Origin: Xylanibacter ruminicola 23
Lineage (GTDB): Bacteria; Bacteroidota; Bacteroidia; Bacteroidales; Bacteroidaceae
Direction of reading: 5' to 3'
Assembly (NCBI RefSeq): GCF_000025925.1
Contig: NC_014033.1
Coordinates: 2,670,001-2,702,000, forward strand
DNA length: 32,000 nt
Shown here: one piece after another, positions 25,428 through 32,000 of the stretch
Layout: the number at the start of each line of letters is the position of its first letter
How positions within the stretch are numbered: position 1 is the stretch's first letter
Notes under the pieces: generated by a model
What the model was told of the DNA's origin: nothing
Databases searched by the model: none
The model's input: only the letters and a program-made list of their open reading frames with translations
Position numbers and translations under genes: made by a program

Positions 25428-26420
25428 TTAATCAAACTGATTCTCAACAATCTCTGTCAGCACATCGGTCATCGACAGACCTGCTGCACGTACCTGCTGA
25501 GGGATAAAGCTGGTAGCTGTCATACCTGGTGTGGTATTAACCTCGAGCATCGAGATGCTACCCTCCTTCGAGATGATAAAGTCGATACGGATGATACCAT
25601 TACAATGCAGGATATCATAGATATGCGAGGTAATCTGACGTACGCGCTCTGTTACATCCTCGGGCAAACGGGCTGGAGTAATCTCCTGTACCTGTCCGTT
25701 GTACTTGGCATCGTAATCAAAGAACTCGTTGCTGGTAACCACCTCGGTGGCAGGCAGAACAACAGCCTTCTCCTTGGTCTTATAAACACCGATAGAGATC
25801 TCGGTACCTTCGAGGTAGCTCTCAACCATAATCTCAGGACTCTCCAACATGGCCTTGCGGATGGCAGGAGCCAGCATATCCTTCTCCTTCACCTTCGATA
25901 CACCGAACGATGAACCATCGGCAGCAGGCTTTACAAAGCATGGCATACCGATACGCTCCTCAATCTCGTCGTCGCTTACCAACTCCTCGTAGCCCTTGCG
26001 AATCAGCAGCGAATCGGCCACCTTTACACCGTAGCCGCGCAGATACTGGTTCAGCACGAACTTATCAAAAGTCATAGCCTCAACCAGTACGCCGCTGGTG
26101 CTGTAAGGCAAACCAATCAGATCGAAATAGCCCTGCAACAGACCGTTTTCGCCTGGAGTACCATGAATGGTAATATAAGCGTAATCAAAGATCTTGGCCT
26201 CGCCGTTTTCCATGAACGAGAAATCGTTACGATCGATCTTAGCTGTAGTGCCATCGGGCAACTCTACATGCCAGTCCTGACCCTTGATGTCAACAATATA
26301 CACATTGTAGCGCTCCTTATCAAAAAATGAATAAAGTCCCTGTGCCGAGCGCAGAGAAACGTCGTGTTCTGATGAGTCGCCACCACATACGATGGCAATC
26401 GTTCTCTTTAAGTTCTTCAT
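25428..26420 (-). CDS. ddl: D-alanine--D-alanine ligase
   Basis: 330-aa ORF with N-terminal IAIVCGGDSSEHDVSLRSA and ATP-grasp body motifs (PCFVKPAADGSSFGVSKV, MVESYLEGTEISIGV, IRIDFI, EVNTTPGMT). Confidence 0.93.
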   Translation of the reverse strand: MKNLKRTIAIVCGGDSSEHDVSLRSAQGLYSFFDKERYNVYIVDIKGQDWHVELPDGTTAKIDRNDFSFMENGEAKIFDYAYITIHGTPGENGLLQGYFDLIGLPYSTSGVLVEAMTFDKFVLNQYLRGYGVKVADSLLIRKGYEELVSDDEIEERIGMPCFVKPAADGSSFGVSKVKEKDMLAPAIRKAMLESPEIMVESYLEGTEISIGVYKTKEKAVVLPATEVVTSNEFFDYDAKYNGQVQEITPARLPEDVTERVRQITSHIYDILHCNGIIRIDFIISKEGSISMLEVNTTPGMTATSFIPQQVRAAGLSMTDVLTEIVENQFD

Positions 26421-26441
26421 TGTATCTTATGTTTTTACTTC

Positions 26442-27485
26442 TTATTCTTTTGCCTTTATATACTTTCTCCACTTATCAATCAGAGCCGCCATATCAGCGG
26501 GCCACTCCGATGTAAAGTCCATCTGCTTTCCCGTGGTGGGGTGTACAAAACCTAAGGTCTTAGCATGCAGCACCTGACGCGGACAGAGCTTAAAGCAGTT
26601 CTGGATATAAGCCTTGTAGCTGGCAGTGCGCTCGCCACGCAGCAGTTCGGTACCGCCATAGCGCTCATCGGCAAACAGCGGGTGTCCGATATGTTTCATG
26701 TGAGCACGTATCTGATGGGTACGACCTGTTTCGAGGATACACTCCACCAGTGTTACATAGCCATAACGTTCCATCACCTTGTAATGGGTTACGGCTGGTT
26801 TTCCTATCTCTGAATCGGGTGGGAACACCTCCATACGCAGACGGTCCTTGGGATCGCGACCGATATTTCCTTCGATACGACCTTCGTCCTCCACAAAGTT
26901 TCCCCACACCAAGGCATTATAACTGCGGTGAGTGGTTTTGTTAAAGAACTGTTTTCCTAATGATGTCTTGGCATCGGGTGTTTTGGCTACTACCAACAGG
27001 CCACTGGTATCCTTATCGATTCGATGCACCAAACCCACCTCTGGGTCGTTAGGATCGTAGCTGGCCAAATCCTTCAGATGCCAGGCTATTGCATTTACCA
27101 AGGTGCCGTTAAAGTTTCCACATCCAGGGTGAACCACCATGCCGGCAGGCTTGTTAATCACCATCAGGTCGGCATCCTCGTAAACCACTTCTAATGGGAT
27201 ATCTTCGGGTTCAATTGTGGTATCATAATGCGGACGATCGAGCATCAATGTGATGATATCGCCCGGGCGTACCTTATAGTTACTTTTTACAGGCTTTTCG
27301 TTTACATGTATAAAACCTGCATCGGCAGCCTGCTGGATACGGTTACGACTGGAGTGTGGCTGATGTTCAACCAGGTACTTATCAATACGTATAGGCACCT
27401 GTCCTTTATCAACCTCCATACGAAAGTGTTCGTACAGCAAGTCTTCTTGCTCCTGCTCTTCGATATCGATGGTTTCGTTTGTCAT
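26442..27485 (-). CDS. rluD: RluA-family 23S rRNA pseudouridine synthase (RluD-like)
   Basis: 347-aa ORF with an N-terminal S4-like segment (RIDKYL...SRNRIQ...G.I.VN) and the catalytic motif HRIDKDTSGLLVVAK. GRTHQIRAH is also present. Confidence 0.9.
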   Translation of the reverse strand: MTNETIDIEEQEQEDLLYEHFRMEVDKGQVPIRIDKYLVEHQPHSSRNRIQQAADAGFIHVNEKPVKSNYKVRPGDIITLMLDRPHYDTTIEPEDIPLEVVYEDADLMVINKPAGMVVHPGCGNFNGTLVNAIAWHLKDLASYDPNDPEVGLVHRIDKDTSGLLVVAKTPDAKTSLGKQFFNKTTHRSYNALVWGNFVEDEGRIEGNIGRDPKDRLRMEVFPPDSEIGKPAVTHYKVMERYGYVTLVECILETGRTHQIRAHMKHIGHPLFADERYGGTELLRGERTASYKAYIQNCFKLCPRQVLHAKTLGFVHPTTGKQMDFTSEWPADMAALIDKWRKYIKAKE

Positions 27486-28132
27486 TCTGTTACCTCCTCA
27501 AAATCATCCACTTCGCCGTTACCGCTCTGCATCATAGCATCGTCGCCGCCAATCACGTTCAGCTCCTCATCGGCCCCATACTGTCCGCTACCTACCAGCA
27601 GTGTCAGGGGCTGTTCGATGGATATACGTTCGCCTGTAGAAACCTTACGACCATTGCACGACACACCATAAACCCAATCCTTCTCGCCTGTTACATACTG
27701 TGGCGGAAGAACTTTAAATCCCAATGATATCAGCTTAGCCTCGGCCTCGCGGTAGCTGCAGTTATCCACTACATCGGGGATAGCCACCGATGGCGAGTTC
27801 GACGAGTTGATGGTTACATAAATGGTATGCCCCGACTTAACGGTCAGTCCAGCACCAGGGCTCTGCGTCAATACGCAATCGGCAGGCAAGCGTTTGTTGT
27901 AACCCGAATCGGTTACCACAATCTCCAGTCCGCACTCTTCCATCATTTCGCGAGCCTTAGTGATGCGCATACCCTCGATATTCGGCACTCTGATACTTTC
28001 GCCATGGTGGGTGTACCAGTCAAGTCCGTAGTTCACACCTACAACCAGCAGGATGACCACGAGTGCCATCGCTATCAGGTTCCAAAACAGGAACTTACTA
28101 CAGAACTTGCCGAAGAATTCTTTTGTTCTCAT
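27482..28132 (-). CDS. Membrane-anchored PASTA-domain protein
   Basis: I prefer the ATG at 28132 (MRTKEFFGKF...) because the track's TTG start at 28156 overlaps the promoter -7 box. It has one TM helix and then two or three PASTA-like repeats (VPNIEGMRITKAREMMEECGLEIVV..., IPDVVDNCSYREAEAKLISLGFKV...). It has an ATGA overlap with rluD. Confidence 0.75.
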   Translation of the reverse strand: MRTKEFFGKFCSKFLFWNLIAMALVVILLVVGVNYGLDWYTHHGESIRVPNIEGMRITKAREMMEECGLEIVVTDSGYNKRLPADCVLTQSPGAGLTVKSGHTIYVTINSSNSPSVAIPDVVDNCSYREAEAKLISLGFKVLPPQYVTGEKDWVYGVSCNGRKVSTGERISIEQPLTLLVGSGQYGADEELNVIGGDDAMMQSGNGEVDDFEEVTE

Positions 28133-28153
28133 CTTTCTTTTGCGAATTTTGTG

Positions 28154-28161
28154 CAAAAGTA
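28154..28161 (-). promoter_or_regulatory. Promoter of the PASTA-rluD-ddl operon (TTTG-N20-TACTTTTG on the minus strand)
   Basis: The -7 box TACTTTTG is the reverse complement of 28154-28161. The -33 TTTG is the reverse complement of 28182-28185, with a 20-nt spacer. The box ends about 21 nt upstream of the ATG at 28132. Confidence 0.6.
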
Positions 28162-28164
28162 CAT

Positions 28165-28206
28165 AAAAAAACAGAAAGAAGCAAAGATTTCACTCTACTT
28201 CTTTCT
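28165..28206 (-). terminator. rpmH rho-independent-type terminator
   Basis: The minus strand reads agaaagaag-(16-nt loop)-cttctttct-g-TTTTTTT. The arms lie at 28198-28206 and 28173-28181, and the T-run at 28165-28171. Confidence 0.7.
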
Positions 28207-28237
28207 ATTTTAACTCATTTTCTAAGTTCCTCTCGGA

Positions 28238-28393
28238 TTACTTTCCGTGATTCTCGTCAGAAACTGTCAACTTCTTGCGGCCCTTAGCGCGACGAGCAGC
28301 CAGTACTCGACGACCGTTCTTGGTGGCCATTCTCTCACGGAAGCCGTGCTTGTTTACGCGACGGCGATTGTGTGGCTGAAATGTTCTCTTCAT
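28238..28393 (-). CDS. rpmH: 50S ribosomal protein L34
   Basis: A 51-aa ORF below the track's length cut-off: [51 protein letters not shown]. This is the canonical L34 sequence pattern (MKRTFQP..., KHGFR.RM, GR.VL..RR.KGRK.L). Confidence 0.95.
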   Translation of the reverse strand: MKRTFQPHNRRRVNKHGFRERMATKNGRRVLAARRAKGRKKLTVSDENHGK

Positions 28394-28440
28394 TGTGATA
28401 TACTTATTTAATTTTGTTATTTATTTACCGATTTGGGGTG

Positions 28441-28448
28441 CAAAAGTA
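28441..28448 (-). promoter_or_regulatory. rpmH promoter (TTTG-N20-TACTTTTG on the minus strand)
   Basis: The -7 box is the reverse complement of 28441-28448. The -33 TTTG is the reverse complement of 28469-28472, with a 20-nt spacer. The -7 octamer is the same as in the PASTA-operon promoter. Confidence 0.6.
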
Positions 28449-28522
28449 CTCATTTCTTTTGAATTACGCAAATTTTATACGATTTTTAGCTAAACTTTTT
28501 ATGTTTTTTTCCAAAAAAGCAG

Positions 28523-28530
28523 TACCTTTG
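28523..28530 (+). promoter_or_regulatory. Candidate efp promoter -7 box (TACCTTTG)
   Basis: TAnnTTTG match 38 nt upstream of the efp ATG. I saw no clear -33 TTTG. Confidence 0.45.
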
Positions 28531-28568
28531 CACCCGAAAACGATATAAAAGTAATATTTTAAAGGTTT

Positions 28569-29135
28569 ATGATTAATTCACAGGACATTAAAAAGGGCAC
28601 CGCCATTCGCATGGACGGTGGCATCTGGGTGTGCATCGATTTCCAGCACCGCAAGCCAGGTAAGGGTAACACCATCATGATTATCAAAGTTAAGAACGTT
28701 TCAGACGGTCGCGTACTGGAGCGTCGCTTCAACATCGGTGAGAAGCTCGAGGATGTAATCATCGAGCGTCGTCCTTACCAGTATCTCTATGAGGACCAGT
28801 CTGGTCGTATCTTCATGAATCAGGAGACATTCGAGCAGATCCCCATCGACAACGAGCTCGTAATCGGTCATGAGTACATGAAGGAGAGCGACATCGTGGA
28901 GGTTGTTTCTGACACTACCGATGGTACTATCCTTTACGCTGAGATGCCAGTTAAGACCGTTCTCCGCGTTACTCACTCTGAGCCTGGTGTTAAGGGCGAC
29001 ACTGCTACCAACACTCTGAAGCCTGCTACTCTGGAGACTGGTGTTGAGATTCGTGTTCCTCTGTTCATCAACGAGGGCGACCTGATTCAGGTTGACACTC
29101 GCGACGGTTCTTACCTGCAGCGTGTAAAGGAATAA
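28569..29135 (+). CDS. efp: Translation elongation factor P
   Basis: 188-aa ORF containing the loop motif KPGKG (HRKPGKGNTIM). Its size and three-domain layout are typical of EF-P. Confidence 0.93.
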   Translation: MINSQDIKKGTAIRMDGGIWVCIDFQHRKPGKGNTIMIIKVKNVSDGRVLERRFNIGEKLEDVIIERRPYQYLYEDQSGRIFMNQETFEQIPIDNELVIGHEYMKESDIVEVVSDTTDGTILYAEMPVKTVLRVTHSEPGVKGDTATNTLKPATLETGVEIRVPLFINEGDLIQVDTRDGSYLQRVKE

Positions 29136-30124
29136 TGAGATACTCGATCATCGTTCCCGTCTACAATCGTCCCGACGAGGTAGACGAACTGTTACAGAGC
29201 CTCTGTGAACAAACCGTTAAGGATTTTGAGGTTCTGATAATAGAGGACGGATCAGTAAAACCATGCAAGGATGTTTGCGATAAATACGCAAGCATCCTTG
29301 ATTTGCATTATTACGCCAAGGAGAACAGCGGCCCCGGTCAGAGTCGCAACTATGGTGCCGAACGTGCTAACGGTGAGTATGTTATCATCTTAGACAGCGA
29401 TGTGGTACTGCCCGCAAGCTATCTTCAAGCAGTCGAGGATGAGCTCAAACAGAACCCATGCGAAGCTTTCGGAGGTCCCGACGCCACGCACCCATCATTC
29501 ACCCCGATACAAAAGGCCATCAGCTATTCGATGACATCCTTTTTTACCACAGGTGGTATCCGCGGTGGAAAGGCTAAGCTTGATAAGTTCTATCCCCGTT
29601 CGTTCAACATGGGCATCCGTCGCGATGTGTATCTTCAGTTGGGCGGCTTTACCAAGATGCGTTTTGGCGAGGATATCGACTTCTCATACCGTATCGTCGA
29701 GGCAGGTTATATGCCACGTCTCTTCCCTGAGGCCTGGGTGTGGCACAAGCGCCGCACCGATTTCCGCAAGTTCTTCCGTCAGGTGTACAACAGCGGTATC
29801 GCCCGCATCAATCTCGAAAAGCGCCATCCCGGCACTATGAAGTTAGTACATCTATTGCCAACAGTTTTTACACTGGGCGTCATCGGTTTGCTGCTCATCA
29901 CACTCTTCTGGCCACTCTCGTGCGTTCCTATTATATTATATAGTCTGTTGCTCTGCATCGACTCAAGCATCAAGAACAAGAGCTTGTGGGTAGGATTGCT
30001 CAGCATCCCCGCCGCCTTTGTACAGCTGATGGGCTATGGCTTCGGCTTCATCGAGTCGTGGTGGAAACGCTGCGTACTGAAGCAAGACGAATTTACCGCT
30101 TTCGAAAAGAATTTCTACAAATGA
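29135..30124 (+). CDS. Family 2 glycosyltransferase with C-terminal transmembrane helices
   Basis: 329-aa ORF with GT2 N-terminal motifs (YSIIVPVYNRPDEV, EVLIIEDGS, ILDSDV, GEDIDFSYR). The hydrophobic C-terminal part is LLPTVFTLGVIGLLLITLFWPLSCVPIILYSLLL. The start overlaps the efp stop (TAATG). Confidence 0.8.
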   Translation: MRYSIIVPVYNRPDEVDELLQSLCEQTVKDFEVLIIEDGSVKPCKDVCDKYASILDLHYYAKENSGPGQSRNYGAERANGEYVIILDSDVVLPASYLQAVEDELKQNPCEAFGGPDATHPSFTPIQKAISYSMTSFFTTGGIRGGKAKLDKFYPRSFNMGIRRDVYLQLGGFTKMRFGEDIDFSYRIVEAGYMPRLFPEAWVWHKRRTDFRKFFRQVYNSGIARINLEKRHPGTMKLVHLLPTVFTLGVIGLLLITLFWPLSCVPIILYSLLLCIDSSIKNKSLWVGLLSIPAAFVQLMGYGFGFIESWWKRCVLKQDEFTAFEKNFYK

Positions 30125-30810
30125 ACGAGAAACTGAACATTAATCAGTGGGCCGAAGAGGATCGTCCTCGCGAAAAGATGGCTACGCAGGGTGCCGAGGC
30201 ACTGAGCAGCGCAGAGCTATTGGCCATACTGATTGGTTCGGGTTCAACCAAAGAGAGCGCCGTAGATTTAATGAAGCGCATCCTGGCCGACTGCAACAAC
30301 AGTCTGAACACCTTAGGCAAGAAATCCATTCACGACCTGTGCCAGTATAATGGCGTGGGCGAGGCCAAGGCCATCACCATCCTGGCAGCCTGCGAACTGG
30401 GCAAGCGCCGACAGATGGAAACACCCGAGGAGCGTCCCGATTTAGGCACAGCCACTCGTATCTACAACCACATGCACCCAGTGATGCAGGATTTGGACGT
30501 AGAGGAGTTCTGGGTACTGCTGCTTAACCAGCAATACCGACTCATCAAGAAACTGCGTATTGCCCGTGGCGGCATTACCGCAACAACAGTAGATATACGC
30601 CTCATCATCCGCGAGGCAGTACTCTGCAACGCCACACAGCTGGTGGCATGTCACAACCACCCATCGGGTGGCATCACACCCAGCAAACAGGATGATGAGT
30701 TAACCATCAGCATCATGAATGCCTGCAAGCTGATGGACATCCACTTTGCCGATCACGTCATCGTTACCGATGGCCACTACTACAGCTACCACGAACAAGG
30801 AAAATGCTAA
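30121..30810 (+). CDS. radC: RadC-like JAB/MPN-domain protein (UPF0758)
   Basis: I prefer the ATG at 30121 (MNEKLNINQW...), which forms an ATGA overlap with the GT2 stop. The track's 29986 start would overlap the GT2 gene by 139 nt. It has an HhH-like N-terminus (LSSAELLAILIGSGS) and the JAMM motif HNHPSG. Confidence 0.85.
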   Translation: MNEKLNINQWAEEDRPREKMATQGAEALSSAELLAILIGSGSTKESAVDLMKRILADCNNSLNTLGKKSIHDLCQYNGVGEAKAITILAACELGKRRQMETPEERPDLGTATRIYNHMHPVMQDLDVEEFWVLLLNQQYRLIKKLRIARGGITATTVDIRLIIREAVLCNATQLVACHNHPSGGITPSKQDDELTISIMNACKLMDIHFADHVIVTDGHYYSYHEQGKC

Positions 30811-30831
30811 GATTGATATTCCAACAAAGAA

Positions 30832-31524
30832 TTACGGGTTATCCTTCGTTGGAATATGATCAACCCTCTCCAAACGGAAACCATAGCCCTTCTTCTTTTT
30901 AGTAGGAGGAGTATCCGTGGACTTTGATGAACGCTTACGAGTCGACTTATTTCGGTTCACAGCTTTCGACTGCGGATTTTGCTGAGGCGTAACCTTCGGC
31001 TTTTCCGGCTCTGGTTCTGGCACAGAAACCTCAACTGGCTCAGGTTTAGGTTCCTCAACTATCGCTGGTTCTTCAACAGGTTCTGTAACCTCTTGTTCTG
31101 TTTCTGGTTCAGCAATAGTCTCAGGTTCTGCGACTGGTTCTGATTCCACTATTGTACTATCAGCAACAGCTTTTACCTGATGACCATCGTCATCAATTCC
31201 CATGCATGTACCGAGTCCCCAAAGTAAGGCAATGATGACGACAATACCAACAACCAGTATCAAGCATCCACGTTTTAGAAATTTTCCAAGTCCACCGAAC
31301 AGTGAAACGATGCCTGTACCCAGTGAGATTATTCCAGAGAGTCTTGGGAAAAACCTTGTAAGACTTGGCAATAGGGCGTTAAGTCCCGACAGGGCACTAC
31401 TGTTCCCAGCCTTATGCTTCGAGGTTCCACCTTTAGCTTTTTGTCTACGCTTCGGCTGATAGTTAGGATTGGGTTCAAAGTTGCTTTCCACCCAGAAACC
31501 CTGACCATTTTTATTCTCTTCCAT
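30832..31524 (-). CDS. Hypothetical membrane protein with an acidic Pro/Glu-rich linker and a basic C-terminal tail
   Basis: I prefer the ATG at 31524 (MEENKNG...) because the track's 31557 start is a TTG that overlaps the upstream gene. It has two hydrophobic segments (GIISLGTGIVSLFGGL, LILVVGIVVIIALLWGLG), an EP-rich stretch (EPVAEPETIAEPETEQEVTEPVEEPAIVEEPKPEPVEVSVPEPEPEKPK) and then a K/R/S/T-rich tail. I did not recognise a family. Confidence 0.6.
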   Translation of the reverse strand: MEENKNGQGFWVESNFEPNPNYQPKRRQKAKGGTSKHKAGNSSALSGLNALLPSLTRFFPRLSGIISLGTGIVSLFGGLGKFLKRGCLILVVGIVVIIALLWGLGTCMGIDDDGHQVKAVADSTIVESEPVAEPETIAEPETEQEVTEPVEEPAIVEEPKPEPVEVSVPEPEPEKPKVTPQQNPQSKAVNRNKSTRKRSSKSTDTPPTKKKKGYGFRLERVDHIPTKDNP

Positions 31525-31546
31525 ATAGAATCCTTTGTTTATACGT

Positions 31547-32000
31547 TTACTTTGCAATCTCCCAACTCTTAGCTGTAGTTATCCGCTTCATGCAGGCACC
31601 CATATCGTCAGCGAATTGGTAGAAACTATAGTTCATACTACGGAAAGCTCGCTGTATCTGGTCGATAGAGACCGTCGATCCAGCCTTGAACATATCCTCA
31701 ACCATCTCCACTGCCTCACGCATATGCTGCGGAATCATGCTTGTACCGTTGACTTTATAACGGGCAATATCATAGGGCTTGACGAAGTTGTTGAACTCTT
31801 TGGCCATCTGGCGCAGACCTTCCATATACTCGTTTACGGCCTCGCTCTGCACGAGCAGTCGTTCTGCTTCGTTGGTGATGGTTTCTGCCTCCTGTAGCAA
31901 CTTCTCTGCCGATTGAAAACGGTCATAACCCTTGAAGGTCATGGCATCACCCACCTTGGTTGGGTTAGTGAGTGCCTCACCATGACGACTCTTATCTGCA
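31547..32000 (-). CDS. Hypothetical, predicted helical protein; the start is unresolved and may lie outside the window
   Basis: The reading frame is open from the TAA stop at 31547-31549 to the window edge. The track start at 31954 is a GTG, and an in-frame ATG lies at 31942. I did not recognise a family. Confidence 0.5.
   Translation of the reverse strand, partial: ADKSRHGEALTNPTKVGDAMTFKGYDRFQSAEKLLQEAETITNEAERLLVQSEAVNEYMEGLRQMAKEFNNFVKPYDIARYKVNGTSMIPQHMREAVEMVEDMFKAGSTVSIDQIQRAFRSMNYSFYQFADDMGACMKRITTAKSWEIAK

Noticed and set aside
25113-25913. 266-aa plus-strand ORF spanning the acyltransferase/ddl junction
   Set aside because: It is antisense to two tightly packed genes, one of which (ddl) is unambiguous. 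It crosses their intergenic gap and shows no recognisable motifs.
27482-28156. Longer track starts using TTG codons (28156 for the PASTA protein, 10808 for the SusD-like gene, 31557 for the membrane protein) and the 29986 start for radC
   Set aside because: Each has a nearby in-frame ATG. These ATG starts give a canonical signal peptide or N-terminus, or remove overlap with a promoter box or with the upstream gene. The shorter ATG models were preferred.
29135-30124. GT2 as an EarP-like EF-P glycosyltransferase
   Set aside because: This is not asserted as a call. EarP belongs to a different fold family, and this GT2 has a hydrophobic membrane-embedded C-terminus. The idea is kept only as a low-interest hypothesis to test.
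1-32000. Genomic island, mobile element or defence system
   Set aside because: I found no integrase, transposase, tRNA attachment site, terminal repeats, restriction/defence-type ATPase or nuclease motifs, or toxin-antitoxin-sized gene pairs. Apart from AT-rich intergenic regions, composition looks uniform across the PUL and housekeeping halves.

Overview
This is a chromosomal segment from a Bacteroidota genome, probably Prevotellaceae-like. That placement is inferred from the SusC/SusD gene pairs, TAnnTTTG promoter boxes and a T9SS-type C-terminal tail. All family calls rest on motifs read by eye; no database search was run.

Positions 1-23.6 kb are a glycan-utilisation region.
- On the minus strand (257-6909) lies a SusC-like/SusD-like/repeat-lipoprotein cassette with no enzyme genes. 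It ends at a bidirectional terminator shared with a truncated plus-strand gene at the window edge.
- A 688-bp AT-rich control region (6910-7597) separates it from a divergent plus-strand locus.
- The plus-strand locus carries tandem SusC/SusD-SusC/SusD pairs (7598-17394) and a lipoprotein with three near-identical 131-134-aa repeats (17432-19396), followed by a terminator.
- A separately promoted pair follows: a GH5 endoglucanase-like enzyme with a T9SS-like tail, and a YicI-type GH31 alpha-xylosidase-like enzyme (19579-23601).
- No regulator, integrase, transposase, CRISPR array, tRNA or rRNA is visible in the window.

Positions 23.6-32 kb are ordinary housekeeping DNA.
- A tightly packed minus-strand operon encodes a PASTA protein, rluD, ddl, an acyltransferase-like protein and a lipoprotein.
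- rpmH was missed by the ORF track because it is only 51 aa.
- rpmH and efp have divergent promoters. efp-GT2-radC are translationally coupled.
- Two uncharacterised minus-strand genes sit at the right edge.

The best candidate for something undescribed is the polysaccharide utilisation locus (PUL) itself. It combines three SusC/D transporter pairs, two unrelated repeat-domain surface lipoproteins and only two enzymes. A 35-bp perfect inverted repeat lies inside the 5' ends of the two divergent SusC paralogs. I see no defence system or mobile element.
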